A stretch of DNA of 49,661 bases from Alphaproteobacteria bacterium (GTDB taxonomy: Bacteria > Pseudomonadota > Alphaproteobacteria > Micropepsales > Micropepsaceae): positions 1-49,661 of the forward strand of contig CANKIV010000001.1 in NCBI GenBank assembly GCA_947482125.1, read 5' to 3'. The translations under genes were made by a program, and so were the position numbers. Below are positions 38,429 to 48,091 of the stretch, piece after piece (position 1 is the stretch's first letter; every line of letters begins with the position of its first letter). The notes under the pieces are model-generated. The model saw only the letters and a list, made by a program, of their open reading frames with translations. It was not told the origin of the DNA and did not search any database.

Positions 38429-38544
38429 GTCCCCCCCTGCGATTGCCAGCAGGTTTCGCCACAATCCTGCCTTATTGGACCTCCCGCCAAAAGGGGGGGT
38501 ACGGACGAATTTTCGGGGTGTACCGGACCTGACGCTGGGCCAAT

Positions 38545-38715
38545 ATGCCCGCGCTCCTCAGGAAAGCCCCGATGTTCCGCTCTGCCACGCGCCCACAACC
38601 GCCCCACCAACAGGGAAAGACAGGACCGTCCCCCAATCCGGCGCCGGCCGTCTGGATCGCCGGCCTGGCCGGCGTGGTGGTTATCCTGCTTCTGTTCGTG
38701 ATTGTGGTGATCTAG
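38545..38715 (+). CDS. Putative small tail-anchored membrane protein (56 aa, or 47 aa from ATG 38572)
   Basis: (MPALLRKAP)[47 protein letters not shown]; AGGAAA before ATG 38572; below the ORF-track cutoff. Confidence 0.55.
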   Translation: MPALLRKAPMFRSATRPQPPHQQGKTGPSPNPAPAVWIAGLAGVVVILLLFVIVVI

Positions 38716-38818
38716 CGGTTTCTATTTTGGTGCAAAGAAGCGAAACTGCCGCATTCGACAGGGTTTGCGACAAATCCTGTTTGCGTGGGGGTATGGCGTG
38801 ACGTCAAAATTGCGCCTC

Positions 38819-39547
38819 ATGATCAAAGAAGAAGCCAAGCCGCACATCCTGCTGGTGGAGGATGCGCGCGACATCCGCGAGCCCCTGGCGCGCTATCTGC
38901 GCGAGCACAGCTATCGCGCCACCACGGCCCAGGACGCCGCCAGCGCCCGCAAGGTAATGAAGGCCGCCGCCATCGACCTGGTGGTCCTGGACATCATGAT
39001 GCCCGGCGAGGACGGCCTCAGCCTGTGCCGCTCCATCCGCGAAACCACCCAGATTCCCGTCATCCTGCTGACGGCGCGCGGCGAGGAAGTAGACCGCATC
39101 ATCGGCCTGGAAATGGGCGCCGACGATTACATCGCCAAGCCGTTCAGCCCGCGCGAATTGATCGCCCGCGTCGCCGCCGTCCTGCGCCGCACCCAGGCCC
39201 TGCCGCCGCGCCAGAAACCGCCTGGCGCCGAGCGGGTGCGGTTCGGGGACTGGATGCTGGATACCGGCCAGCGCGAGCTGATCGGGCCCGATGGCGTGGC
39301 CCTGCCCTTGTCCAGCGGCGAGTTCCGCCTGCTGTCGGCGCTGCTGGAACGGCCCAAGATCGCGCTGACCCGCAACCAGTTGCTGGACCTGACCAAGGGG
39401 CGCGACGCCGATCTTTTCGACCGCTCGATCGATAACCATGTCTCGCGCTTGCGCAAGAAAATCGAGCCGGACCCCAAGAATCCGCGCTATATCAAGACCG
39501 TTTGGGGAGGCGGGTACATCTTCGCGATGGACCCTGAAATGGCTTAG
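38819..39547 (+). CDS. OmpR family response regulator
   Basis: LVED, LDIMMPGEDG, GADDYIAKPF, wHTH with DRSIDNHVSRLRKK, TVWGGGY. Confidence 0.95.
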   Translation: MIKEEAKPHILLVEDARDIREPLARYLREHSYRATTAQDAASARKVMKAAAIDLVVLDIMMPGEDGLSLCRSIRETTQIPVILLTARGEEVDRIIGLEMGADDYIAKPFSPRELIARVAAVLRRTQALPPRQKPPGAERVRFGDWMLDTGQRELIGPDGVALPLSSGEFRLLSALLERPKIALTRNQLLDLTKGRDADLFDRSIDNHVSRLRKKIEPDPKNPRYIKTVWGGGYIFAMDPEMA

Positions 39548-39585
39548 CCGCTTCGCTTGCGAAGCAGCAAAACAAAAGGCTGAAC

Positions 39586-40950
39586 ATGCGACTCCGATTT
39601 TGGCCGCGCACCCTGGTGGTGCAGTTGATCCTGGTGACCGCCGCCGCCGTGGCGATCTCCAATATCGGCGTCGCGATCTATTTCTACAAAAACAGCGAGG
39701 CCCAGACCCGCAATTTCAACACCGAGCGCATGATCGACCGCACCGCGGCGGTGGCGGCGACCGTCGCCCGGGTGCCTCCGGCATCTCGCCTGGTCGTCAT
39801 GCAGCAGATGGGCCGGTTTGAATGGCGCTTCCGCGAAATCACGGGCTACAGGCCCCAGCCGATGACCGCTGAGGAAACCGCTTTGGCCAAGCGCCTGGCC
39901 GATGCCCTGCCCCAGAACCACCCGCGCAAAAATGCCATTGCCGTGCATCTCCATCAGCCACTCGCCAATATCCCCGAAGAATTGCGGCCGGTGCGGGCGC
40001 GCGGAACCGATACCGAAGTGATTCAGACCATCGTGCCGATCGATGCACGCACCACCCTGAGCAGCGTCCTGGTGCGCCCAACACCGGTATGGCCGGTGGA
40101 GATCATGGTCGCAGCACTGGTGGCGGGAATATTGGCATCCGCTGGCGCCGCCTTCATGGCCCGGCGGGTGGTGCGGCCACTGTCCGAACTCACCAAAGCG
40201 GCAGCCAAGGTGGCGGTCGGCACGGGCGCGCCCCATGTCGCCGAACAGGGTCCCGATGACGTGCGCAACGCCGCCGCCGCCTTCAATGCCATGGCCGAAA
40301 AGGTCACCAAGACCCTGGAAAGCCAGCGCCACCTGTTATCGGCGGTCGGTCATGACCTGCGTACGCCGATTACCGCCATGCGCATCAACCTGGAATTTGT
40401 CGAGGACAGCGAATTGCGCGACGGCCTCTTGCGCAATCTCGATGAATTGCAGGCCCTGACCGAACAGGTGCTGGCCGCCGCCAAGGGCGCCGGCGGCGAG
40501 CAGCGGCGCAATGTCGACCTGTCGGCGCTGGTGGAGAGCCTCTGCACCGACCTGGACGAAATCGGCGAGCCGGTGAGCTGGGCCAACCACTCCCCCGCCC
40601 CCATTTCCTGCCGCCCCAACGAGATCAAGCGCGCCGTGCGCAACCTGGTGGAGAATGCAGTCGCCTATGGCCACAAGGCCGATGTGCGGATCGCCAATGC
40701 CGGCGATGGCTATGACGTGGTGGTCGAGGATGAGGGCCCCGGCATCCCGGAAACCGACCGCCAGCGCGTGTTCGAGCCTTTCGTCCGGCTGGAAAGCTCG
40801 CGCAACGAAGCCACCGGCGGCACCGGGCTGGGCTTGACCTTGGTCAAGGCGATTGTCGAGGGCCATGGCGGCGTGGTGATGCTGGAGAACCGCCCCGGCG
40901 GCGGCTTGAGGGCCCGGATGCATCTGCCGCGCGTCGCAGGTGCGGCCTAG
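39586..40950 (+). CDS. Sensor histidine kinase (EnvZ-like, HAMP)
   Basis: Two TM helices, HAMP, HDLRTP, NLVENA, DEGPG, GTGLGL. Confidence 0.95.
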   Translation: MRLRFWPRTLVVQLILVTAAAVAISNIGVAIYFYKNSEAQTRNFNTERMIDRTAAVAATVARVPPASRLVVMQQMGRFEWRFREITGYRPQPMTAEETALAKRLADALPQNHPRKNAIAVHLHQPLANIPEELRPVRARGTDTEVIQTIVPIDARTTLSSVLVRPTPVWPVEIMVAALVAGILASAGAAFMARRVVRPLSELTKAAAKVAVGTGAPHVAEQGPDDVRNAAAAFNAMAEKVTKTLESQRHLLSAVGHDLRTPITAMRINLEFVEDSELRDGLLRNLDELQALTEQVLAAAKGAGGEQRRNVDLSALVESLCTDLDEIGEPVSWANHSPAPISCRPNEIKRAVRNLVENAVAYGHKADVRIANAGDGYDVVVEDEGPGIPETDRQRVFEPFVRLESSRNEATGGTGLGLTLVKAIVEGHGGVVMLENRPGGGLRARMHLPRVAGAA

Positions 40951-41045
40951 TTGCCGCTGGCAACAAGAAACATCTTCCAAGCCTCGAAAACTGCACTTCC
41001 CCAAAGGGTTTGACTTGGGTCTTAAGGTGACATCTGAAGGTGGCC

Positions 41046-41483
41046 ATGACCGATGACCCCCTCTATCGCCGCGAGCTTTTGCGGCTGGCGGCGGACGCTG
41101 CCGGGGCCGGGCACCTGCCGGCACCCGACGCTTCTGGCTCGGCCCACAACCCCGCCTGCGGCGACCGGGTGACGGTAGAGCTGATGCTGGAAGACGGACG
41201 GATCGCCGCCCTGGCCCATCAGACCCAGGCCTGCATCCTCACCCAGGCCTCGGCGGCGCTGCTGGCGGAAGCTGGCGCCGGACTGGACCAGGCTGGTCTG
41301 GCGCGGCTGGCAGGTGGCCTCAAGACCATGATGGCCGGTGGCGCGGCGCCCTCGCCCGCCTATGCGGTGTTCGAGGCCGTCGCCAGCCATCCCGGCCGGC
41401 ATGCCTGTGTGCTGCTGCCGCTCGAGGCGGCGCTCAAGGCTTTAGAGAGCCCCGAACCACGCACTGCCGGGACCAAGGGCTAG
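41046..41483 (+). CDS. NifU_N/SufU-like Fe-S scaffold protein
   Basis: NPACGD, ACILTQAS, RHACVLLP (three Cys plus Asp). Confidence 0.85.
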   Translation: MTDDPLYRRELLRLAADAAGAGHLPAPDASGSAHNPACGDRVTVELMLEDGRIAALAHQTQACILTQASAALLAEAGAGLDQAGLARLAGGLKTMMAGGAAPSPAYAVFEAVASHPGRHACVLLPLEAALKALESPEPRTAGTKG

Positions 41484-43010
41484 CGCCGACCCTACCAGCC
41501 GGGCCTCGCCGGTTCCCAGCTCCAGCGCCCGGGCAGGCCCGGGCAGATCGAAGCGGACGCCGTCTTCGCCCAGGTTGAAGACACAGACGATCTTCTCGCT
41601 CCCCGCCTCGCGGACAAAGGCCAGCGCATCGCCGGCCAGCAGGGTGAGCGTGCCGCTGCGCAGCGCCGGATGGGCATTGCGCGCGCCAAGCCACTTGCGC
41701 GTGAAGGCCAGCGCCGAATCCGGATCGCGCTCCTGGGAGGAAACCGCCAGCGCGGCATGATCGGAGCCGGACGGCAGCCAGGGCGCGCCACTGGTAAAAC
41801 CAAGACCGGGCGCGGCGGCGTCCCAAGGCATCGGCGTGCGGCAGCCATCGCGCCCCTTGAACAGCGGGTAATAGAGATCGCCAACCGGGTCTTTGAGCTG
41901 ATCGCGGCGCAGGTCCACTTCCGGCAGGCCCAGTTCCTCGCCCTGATAGAGCAGGATGGTGCCGCGCAAGGCGCAGAGCAGCGCCAGCATCGCCTTGGCC
42001 GATCCGGGTCCGAAGCGAGTGGCGGTGCGGATCACGTCATGGTTGGAAAAGGCGATGCAGGGCCAGTGATCGGGAAATTGCGCCAGGGTTTCCAGATGGG
42101 CGCGGATGGCCGCGGCGTCCGTCGCCAGCAACAGCGCGAAGTTGTATCCCGCATGCAGGCCGGATTCCGGCGGCAGGTAGCAGCCGGAGCGTTCGAACTC
42201 TTCGGAGAATTCGCCGAACACAAAACGGCGATCAAACGCATCCACCCGGCGGCGGATCACATCCAGCACGGCGCGGTTCTCCTCCCGGTTGGAGTCATTG
42301 AGATGACGCTGCATGTTGGCCGCCGCCGACCATTCCGGTGCGCCACGCTGTGCCGCCGGGATGGGCGGATTATCGGTGAGTTTGGTGTCGTGCAGGAAGG
42401 CGTTGGCGACATCCAGGCGAAAGCCGTCCACACCGCGCTTCAGCCATGTATCCAGCACCGCCAGCGCTGCTTCGCGCGCCTCGGCCTTCATCCAGTTGAG
42501 CTTGGGCTGCTGGCGCAGGAACTTGTGATGGTAATACTGCCGCCGCGCCGGCTGGTAGGACCAGGCCGGACCGCCGAACACCGACAGCCAGTTGTTGGGC
42601 ACCGTGCCGTCGCCCTGCGGGTCGGCCCAGACATACCAGTCGCGCTTGCCACCATCGCCGTCGCGGCTGGCGGCGAACCAGGCATGTTCATCGGAAGTGT
42701 GGGCCAGGACTTCGTCGAGCAGGACTTTCAGGCCCCGGGCATGGGCGGCGTCCAGCAGCGCGGCGAAATCCTTCAGGGTGCCGTAGTCGGGATGCACCCC
42801 GTCATAGTCGCAAACGTCATAACCCCAGTCACGGTTGGGCGATGGATGGATGGGCGACAGCCAGACCGCGTCCACCCCCAGCGACTTGATGTAATCGAGC
42901 TTGGACGTCAGGCCGGCGAAATCGCCCTGCCCGTCGCCATTGCCGTCGCAAAAGCTGCGGACATAGACCTGATAGACCGAAGCGCCGCGCCACCATGGCA
43001 CGGGCGCCAC
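41442..43010 (-). CDS. GH13 alpha-glucosidase
   Basis: YQVYVRSF.DGNGDG.GD, DWGYD, GFRLDV, GEF, SNHD, YQGEELG, GRDGCRTPMPW. Confidence 0.92.
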   Translation of the reverse strand: MAPVPWWRGASVYQVYVRSFCDGNGDGQGDFAGLTSKLDYIKSLGVDAVWLSPIHPSPNRDWGYDVCDYDGVHPDYGTLKDFAALLDAAHARGLKVLLDEVLAHTSDEHAWFAASRDGDGGKRDWYVWADPQGDGTVPNNWLSVFGGPAWSYQPARRQYYHHKFLRQQPKLNWMKAEAREAALAVLDTWLKRGVDGFRLDVANAFLHDTKLTDNPPIPAAQRGAPEWSAAANMQRHLNDSNREENRAVLDVIRRRVDAFDRRFVFGEFSEEFERSGCYLPPESGLHAGYNFALLLATDAAAIRAHLETLAQFPDHWPCIAFSNHDVIRTATRFGPGSAKAMLALLCALRGTILLYQGEELGLPEVDLRRDQLKDPVGDLYYPLFKGRDGCRTPMPWDAAAPGLGFTSGAPWLPSGSDHAALAVSSQERDPDSALAFTRKWLGARNAHPALRSGTLTLLAGDALAFVREAGSEKIVCVFNLGEDGVRFDLPGPARALELGTGEARLVGSALALGPGSAWFGAL

Positions 43011-43013
43011 GGG

Positions 43014-43613
43014 TCAGACCTCGCTGGCGCTGCTGATGACCTTGGCGGCGAGGCCGTATTTGACCGCATCCTCGGCGCCCATCCAGAAATTGCGCTCGGT
43101 ATCGGCCACGACCTTTTCATAGGACTGCCCGGTTTCCACCGCGATTTCCCGGATCAGGCGGGCGCGCATCTTGAGGATTTCCTCGGCCTCGATGGTGATG
43201 TCGCTGGCCTGGCCGCGCACGCCGCCCAGGGGCTGGTGCAGCAGAAAGCGGGTAAAGGGCAGGCAGAAGCGGTTTTCCTTTTTGGCGCCCAGGAAAATGT
43301 GCGCGCCGGCGCTGGCGCCCCAGCCGGTGCCGATCATTTTCACCTTGTTGCCGACAAAACGGATCATGTCGTGGATGGTGTCACCCGACTCCACATGGCC
43401 GCCCGGCGAATTGACGATGACGCGGATATCGCCTTCGCTTTCGGCATAGGCCAGAAGCTGCGCGGTGACCCGTTCGGCCATCTTCATGTCGACTTCGCCG
43501 AAAATCAGGATGGTGCGCGACTTGTAGAGCGCCTTGGCGATCTCGCTGGATTGCGGCTCCGGCGCCTTGGACTTTTCGTCTTTTTCGTCATTTTCTTCAT
43601 CGGCGCGGAACAA
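43014..43613 (-). CDS. clpP: ATP-dependent Clp protease proteolytic subunit (stand-alone paralog)
   Basis: VNSPGG, GASAG (Ser), LLHQP (His), ASDI, TERNFW; TTG start. Confidence 0.9.
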   Translation of the reverse strand: MFRADEENDEKDEKSKAPEPQSSEIAKALYKSRTILIFGEVDMKMAERVTAQLLAYAESEGDIRVIVNSPGGHVESGDTIHDMIRFVGNKVKMIGTGWGASAGAHIFLGAKKENRFCLPFTRFLLHQPLGGVRGQASDITIEAEEILKMRARLIREIAVETGQSYEKVVADTERNFWMGAEDAVKYGLAAKVISSASEV

Positions 43614-43655
43614 GGGCAGTCTCCGGGATTCGGGGGTTGAGGCAGTCTAGCGATC

Positions 43656-43684
43656 ATATAGGTACGGGCAACCCGCCTTACAAA
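43656..43684 (-). promoter_or_regulatory. Putative RpoH (sigma32) promoter of clpP: TTTGTA-N16-CCTATAT
   Basis: Matches the alphaproteobacterial RpoH consensus CTTGAA-N16-CCTATAT in spacing and -10 element. Confidence 0.6.
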
Positions 43685-44427
43685 AGGTCAATAACCGCCC
43701 GCATTGGGGGGCCAATACCCGCATTTACGACCAGATCGGCGAAACGGTCCTGCGGGGTTTCGTCCCGGTTCAGGATCGCCAGCCTGGCCCCGCCCCGCTT
43801 GGCCATCAGGGGAAAGCCCGCCGCCGGATAGACCGCCAGCGAGGAGCCCATCACCAGCATTAGGTCGCAGGCCAGGGTAGCGGCCTCGGCCCGCAGCATT
43901 TCGTCCTGCGGCATGGGCTGGCCGAAGGAGATGGTGGCGGTCTTCACGATGCCGCCGCAGCCGGCGCAATCGGGCGCCTCGCCATGGACGTCGAAATGGG
44001 CGCGGATGTCGGGAATCTCCACCCGCCTGCCGCAGTCCAGGCATTTGGCATAACGGGTGTTGCCGTGCAGTTCGATCACCGCTGCGTCCGGCACGCCGGC
44101 GGCCTGGTGCAGGGCGTCAATATTCTGGGTGATGACATGGCTGACCCGGCCCTGGGCCACCAGTTCGGCCACCGCCCGGTGCCCGTCATTGGGCTGCACC
44201 GCGTTCCAGGTGTCTTCCATTTCAAAGCGCCGCTGCCAGGACACGCGCCGGGCCTCGGGGTCGCGGACATAGTCCTGAAATTCCACCGGCATCATCTTGG
44301 TCCAGATGCCGCCGGGCGAGCGGAAATCGGGAATACCGGATTCGGTGGACATGCCCGCGCCCGTGAAGATCACGGCACGGCGCGAGGACCGGATCAGGCC
44401 GGCGAGCTGCTGGATACCCCCTGTCAC
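43678..44427 (-). CDS. Sir2-family NAD-dependent deacylase
   Basis: TGAGMSTESGIPDFRS, TQNIDALH, ELHGN, CxxC..CxxC, GSSL.VYPAA; GTG start overlaps the upstream stop. Confidence 0.93.
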   Translation of the reverse strand: MTGGIQQLAGLIRSSRRAVIFTGAGMSTESGIPDFRSPGGIWTKMMPVEFQDYVRDPEARRVSWQRRFEMEDTWNAVQPNDGHRAVAELVAQGRVSHVITQNIDALHQAAGVPDAAVIELHGNTRYAKCLDCGRRVEIPDIRAHFDVHGEAPDCAGCGGIVKTATISFGQPMPQDEMLRAEAATLACDLMLVMGSSLAVYPAAGFPLMAKRGGARLAILNRDETPQDRFADLVVNAGIGPPMRAVIDLL

Positions 44428-44933
44428 TGCGTCCTGAGGCTGTAGGGCTTCACGGCGCCGCAGTCCGCTTTCACCCAGTCGCCCCTGAAGCTTGTGGACA
44501 TGCTGGTGGGATTGCCTTCCACCGTGCCCTTGAAGTCGTAGCTGCCCTGATAATGCTCGGCACCGCGATAGCTGATCTGCATGCGGCCGGTGCCTTTCAT
44601 CCTGCCGTTGCAGGTCATCTCCGACGTCATGGAGGATGGCGTCTGGCTGAGAACCCTGGTGGTGCAGCCGGTACCGCCCTGGTCGATATGCGGCGGCTTG
44701 CTGGAATCCACTTCCGCCTGGCTCATGCACATCTGGCTGGTGAAGGTATTGGCGGCTGGTGCCTTCATGCCCATGGCTTTCATCTGGGCCGCCATTTCGG
44801 GCGGCATGGTCATCGCCATGTTGGTGGTGGTGCTGGTCTTCCACAGTCCGGCCTTGCCGTGGCCCGCCAGCGCCGCGCCCGGCGCAAGGATCAAGGCCGC
44901 CACAATCACGCCGGACATCTGTTTGCGCACCAT
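44424..44933 (-). CDS. DUF3617-like exported protein
   Basis: Signal peptide, KAGLW, four Cys, C-terminal GDWVKADCG. Confidence 0.75.
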   Translation of the reverse strand: MVRKQMSGVIVAALILAPGAALAGHGKAGLWKTSTTTNMAMTMPPEMAAQMKAMGMKAPAANTFTSQMCMSQAEVDSSKPPHIDQGGTGCTTRVLSQTPSSMTSEMTCNGRMKGTGRMQISYRGAEHYQGSYDFKGTVEGNPTSMSTSFRGDWVKADCGAVKPYSLRTQ

Positions 44934-45038
44934 GTCATTTTCCCATTCGTGAAACCCGGCGGGAATCTGGCACGCCGGTCCCGTCTTGAAAAGCGCCACC
45001 GGGGCGTTACTGGTGGCTTTGGCGAAAGGATACCAGCC

Positions 45039-45821
45039 ATGACCAGACCCAAAGCCCTTATCACCGGAGCCTCCAGCGGGATCGGGAAATCCTATGCCCG
45101 GCGGCTGGCGGGCCGCGGCTACGATCTTGTGCTGGTGGCGCGCGACAAGGCCCGGCTGGAAGCACTGGCAGGGGAGCTGGAGGCAAGCGGCGCGGCTTCG
45201 GAAATACTGGTCGCGGACCTGACACAAAGCGCCGATGTCGGGCGGGTGGAGCAGAAACTGGAAAGCGACGCCGCCCTCACCTTCTTTCTCAACAATGCCG
45301 GCATCGCCACGGTCGAGCCCCAGCTTAACACCAAGGTGGAAACCATCGAGCGGCTGGTGGCGCTGAATGTGACGGCGGCGACACGGCTGGCGCTGGCGGC
45401 AGGCCGCGCCTTCACGGCGCGCAAGTCGGGCACCATCGTCAACATGGCCTCGGCGGTGGCAGTCAACCCGGAACGCTTCAACGGCGTTTACAGCGGCTCC
45501 AAGGCCTTCCTGCTGGCCTTGTCCAACGCCCTCACCCGCGAGCTGAACGCCAATGGCGTCACCATCCAGACCGTGCTGCCCGGCATCACCCGCACCGAAA
45601 TCTGGGAGCGGGCCGGCAAGGATGTCGAAACCTTGCCGCCGGAAAAAACCATGGATGTGGACGAGTTGGTCGATGCGGCGCTCAAGGGCCTGGAGCTGGG
45701 CGAGCGCATCACCATTCCCTCCCTGCCCGACGCCAATGACCTTGCAGAAGCGGAAGCGGCGCGCCTGAAGCTCGGGCCCAACCTGTCCTGGCAGCATCCG
45801 GCGGCGCGTTACCTGGGCTAG
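45039..45821 (+). CDS. SDR family oxidoreductase
   Basis: [22 protein letters not shown]. Confidence 0.92.
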   Translation: MTRPKALITGASSGIGKSYARRLAGRGYDLVLVARDKARLEALAGELEASGAASEILVADLTQSADVGRVEQKLESDAALTFFLNNAGIATVEPQLNTKVETIERLVALNVTAATRLALAAGRAFTARKSGTIVNMASAVAVNPERFNGVYSGSKAFLLALSNALTRELNANGVTIQTVLPGITRTEIWERAGKDVETLPPEKTMDVDELVDAALKGLELGERITIPSLPDANDLAEAEAARLKLGPNLSWQHPAARYLG

Positions 45822-46351
45822 GCTTTCCCGGCGTTTCGCGCCACGCCTTCCTGGATCAGCCGCTTGGCTTCGGCGCTATCGCCCCAGCGGATGATCTTGA
45901 CCCATTTGCCGGGTTCCAGATCCTTGTAGTGGGCGAAGAAGTGCTCGATCTGCTTGAGGGTAATATCGGGCAGATCGCTGTAATTGGTAATGCCGTCGAA
46001 ACGCTGGGTGATGTGCGAGGACGGCACCGCCACGATCTTCTCATCCATGCCGGCATTATCTTCCATCAGCAGCACGCCCACCGGACGCACGCTCATCACC
46101 GCGCCGGGCGCGATGGCGCGGGAATTGGCGATCAGAACATCCACCGGATCGCCATCGCCCGAAAGCGTATGCGGGATGAAGCCGTAATTGCCCGGATAGC
46201 GCATCGCCGTATAGAGAAAGCGGTCCACCACCAGCGCCCCGGAGGCCTTGTCGAGCTCATACTTGATCGGCTCGCCGCCGATCGGCACCTCGATAATGAC
46301 ATTGACGTCATCGGGGGCATTTTTTCCGACCGGAATCTGGTCCACGCGCAT
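45818..46351 (-). CDS. ppa: Inorganic pyrophosphatase
   Basis: KYELDK, DRF, YPGNYG, DGDPVD, HFF.HYKDLE. Confidence 0.96.
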   Translation of the reverse strand: MRVDQIPVGKNAPDDVNVIIEVPIGGEPIKYELDKASGALVVDRFLYTAMRYPGNYGFIPHTLSGDGDPVDVLIANSRAIAPGAVMSVRPVGVLLMEDNAGMDEKIVAVPSSHITQRFDGITNYSDLPDITLKQIEHFFAHYKDLEPGKWVKIIRWGDSAEAKRLIQEGVARNAGKA

Positions 46352-46379
46352 GGTTTAAGTCCTGACTGAAAGCGCCGGG

Positions 46380-46408
46380 GTGGTAAGATCAATGCTGCGG
46401 TGCGTCAA
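46380..46408 (-). promoter_or_regulatory. Putative sigma70 promoter of ppa (TTGACG-N17-TACCAC) containing CGCACCGCAGCA
   Basis: -35 element and spacing; PhaR-like motif overlaps the -35 and spacer. Confidence 0.45.
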
Positions 46409-46499
46409 CCCGCTCCGGGCAATCCGGGCGAAACGCCGCAAGTGCCCTTCACAACGCCGCTTTAACCCTTAGGTTTCGCGCACCCCTTCAGGAGCCGTC

Positions 46500-47558
46500 A
46501 TGCAGACCAAAGCCTTTGCCGCCCAGTCCGCCACCACGCCTTTCGCCCCCACCACCATCGAGCGCCGCGCCCCCGGCCCCCGGGATGTCGCCATCGAGAT
46601 TCTGTTCTGCGGCGTCTGCCACAGCGACCTGCATACCGCGCGCGGCGAATGGCCGGGCACCCAGTACCCTTGCGTGCCGGGCCACGAGATCATCGGCAAG
46701 GTGACGGCGGTGGGCGCCGAGGTGAAGAAGTTCAAGCCCGGCCAGATCGTGGGCGTCGGCTGCCTGGTGGACAGCTGCCGCACTTGCGCCTCCTGCGGCG
46801 AGGGCCTGGAGCAGTATTGCGACGGGCCGGTGGGTTTCACCGGGACGTATAACGGCCCGGTCGGCGGCGGCTTCAACACCCATGGCGGCTACAGCGCCGC
46901 CATCACGGTGGACCAGCATTTCGTGCTGGCGATCAAGCATGCGGAAAAGGATCTGGCGGCGGTGGCCCCGCTGCTCTGCGCCGGCATCACCACCTGGTCT
47001 CCGCTGAAACACTGGAAGGCCGGACCGGGCAAGAAGGTCGGCATTGTCGGCATCGGCGGGCTTGGCCACATGGGCGTGAAACTGTCCCATGCGCTGGGCG
47101 CTCACACCGTCGCTTTCACGACCTCGCCCGACAAGGTTGATGACGCCAAGGCGCTGGGCGCCGACGAAGTGGTGGTGTCGAAGAACGATGCGGAGATGAA
47201 GGCCCATGCCAACAGTTTCGACCTGATCATCAATACGGTGGCGGCATCGCACAATCTCGACGCCTTTACATCGCTGTTGAAGCGCGACGGCACCATGGTG
47301 CTTGTGGGCGCTCCCTCCTCGCCGCATCCCTCGCCCGCCGTGTTCAATCTGGTGTTCAAGCGCCGGGGCATCGCCGGATCGCTGATCGGTGGCCTTCCCG
47401 AGACCCAGGAGATGCTGGATTTCTGCGCCCAGAACGGCATCACCTCGGATGTCGAGATGATCCGGATGCAGGATATCGAAACAGCCTATGGCCGGATGCT
47501 GAAGAGCGATGTGAAATACCGCTTCGTGATTGACATGGCTTCTCTGAAGAACAGCTAA
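46500..47558 (+). CDS. Zn-dependent NAD(P) alcohol dehydrogenase (CAD/YahK-like)
   Basis: CGVCHSD, GHE, C-x2-C-x2-C-x7-C, GIGGLGH, DVKYRFVID. Confidence 0.95.
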   Translation: MQTKAFAAQSATTPFAPTTIERRAPGPRDVAIEILFCGVCHSDLHTARGEWPGTQYPCVPGHEIIGKVTAVGAEVKKFKPGQIVGVGCLVDSCRTCASCGEGLEQYCDGPVGFTGTYNGPVGGGFNTHGGYSAAITVDQHFVLAIKHAEKDLAAVAPLLCAGITTWSPLKHWKAGPGKKVGIVGIGGLGHMGVKLSHALGAHTVAFTTSPDKVDDAKALGADEVVVSKNDAEMKAHANSFDLIINTVAASHNLDAFTSLLKRDGTMVLVGAPSSPHPSPAVFNLVFKRRGIAGSLIGGLPETQEMLDFCAQNGITSDVEMIRMQDIETAYGRMLKSDVKYRFVIDMASLKNS

Positions 47559-47572
47559 CCGGGGCGCAAAAG

Positions 47573-47606
47573 GACAAACCCCGCGACTGGCATCGCGGGG
47601 TTTGTC
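47573..47606. terminator. Bidirectional hairpin terminator
   Basis: GACAAACCCCGCGA-CTGGCA-TCGCGGGGTTTGTC between convergent genes. Confidence 0.8.
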
Positions 47607-47613
47607 ATTTGTA

Positions 47614-47970
47614 CTAGCTGTTGGTGCGCGCCGGTGCGGACCTGGCCTTGTGATGACGCGCTTTCTTGTTCGGCTTCACTTTCCACTCCAGCGCGGCAAC
47701 GCGCTGCTTGACCGCCGACATGTCGGCATTGGCCTGGTCGGCCTTCTGCTCGGCGATCAGCGCCGCCGACTTGGCATCATGGCCAACGCCCAGGGCCTCC
47801 TGCCCCACACCATAGGCATCGTCGGCCCGCCCCTGCGCATTCATCGCGCGGCGGTCCGCGGCATTGGCCGAGTTCTGCGCATTTTCCACCGACTCCCGGG
47901 TGGCGCATCCGCCAAGCGTCACGCCCAGCGCCAGAACCGCGATCATTGCCTTGCTTGCAGTGGTTTTCAT
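47614..47970 (-). CDS. Lipoprotein with alanine-zipper coiled coil (Lpp/OprI-like) and basic tail
   Basis: Lipobox LGGC; A-x3-A-x2-A repeats; KPNKKARHHKAR tail. Confidence 0.75.
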   Translation of the reverse strand: MKTTASKAMIAVLALGVTLGGCATRESVENAQNSANAADRRAMNAQGRADDAYGVGQEALGVGHDAKSAALIAEQKADQANADMSAVKQRVAALEWKVKPNKKARHHKARSAPARTNS

Positions 47971-48091
47971 GAAAGTTCTCTCCCGAGTATCGCCCGCTCG
48001 CTTTGGGCGCGTTGAAAGGTGGGAGCATGAACTGCCGCGCCGGTGGCGGTAATGTGGCGCGGGCTGGCCCGTAAAAAGGCGGGCGGGAACT

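Noticed and set aside
38756-38772. CGACA direct repeat upstream of the response regulator as an autoregulatory site
   Set aside because: Only 5 bp with a 12-bp period rather than the usual 10-11; easily chance.
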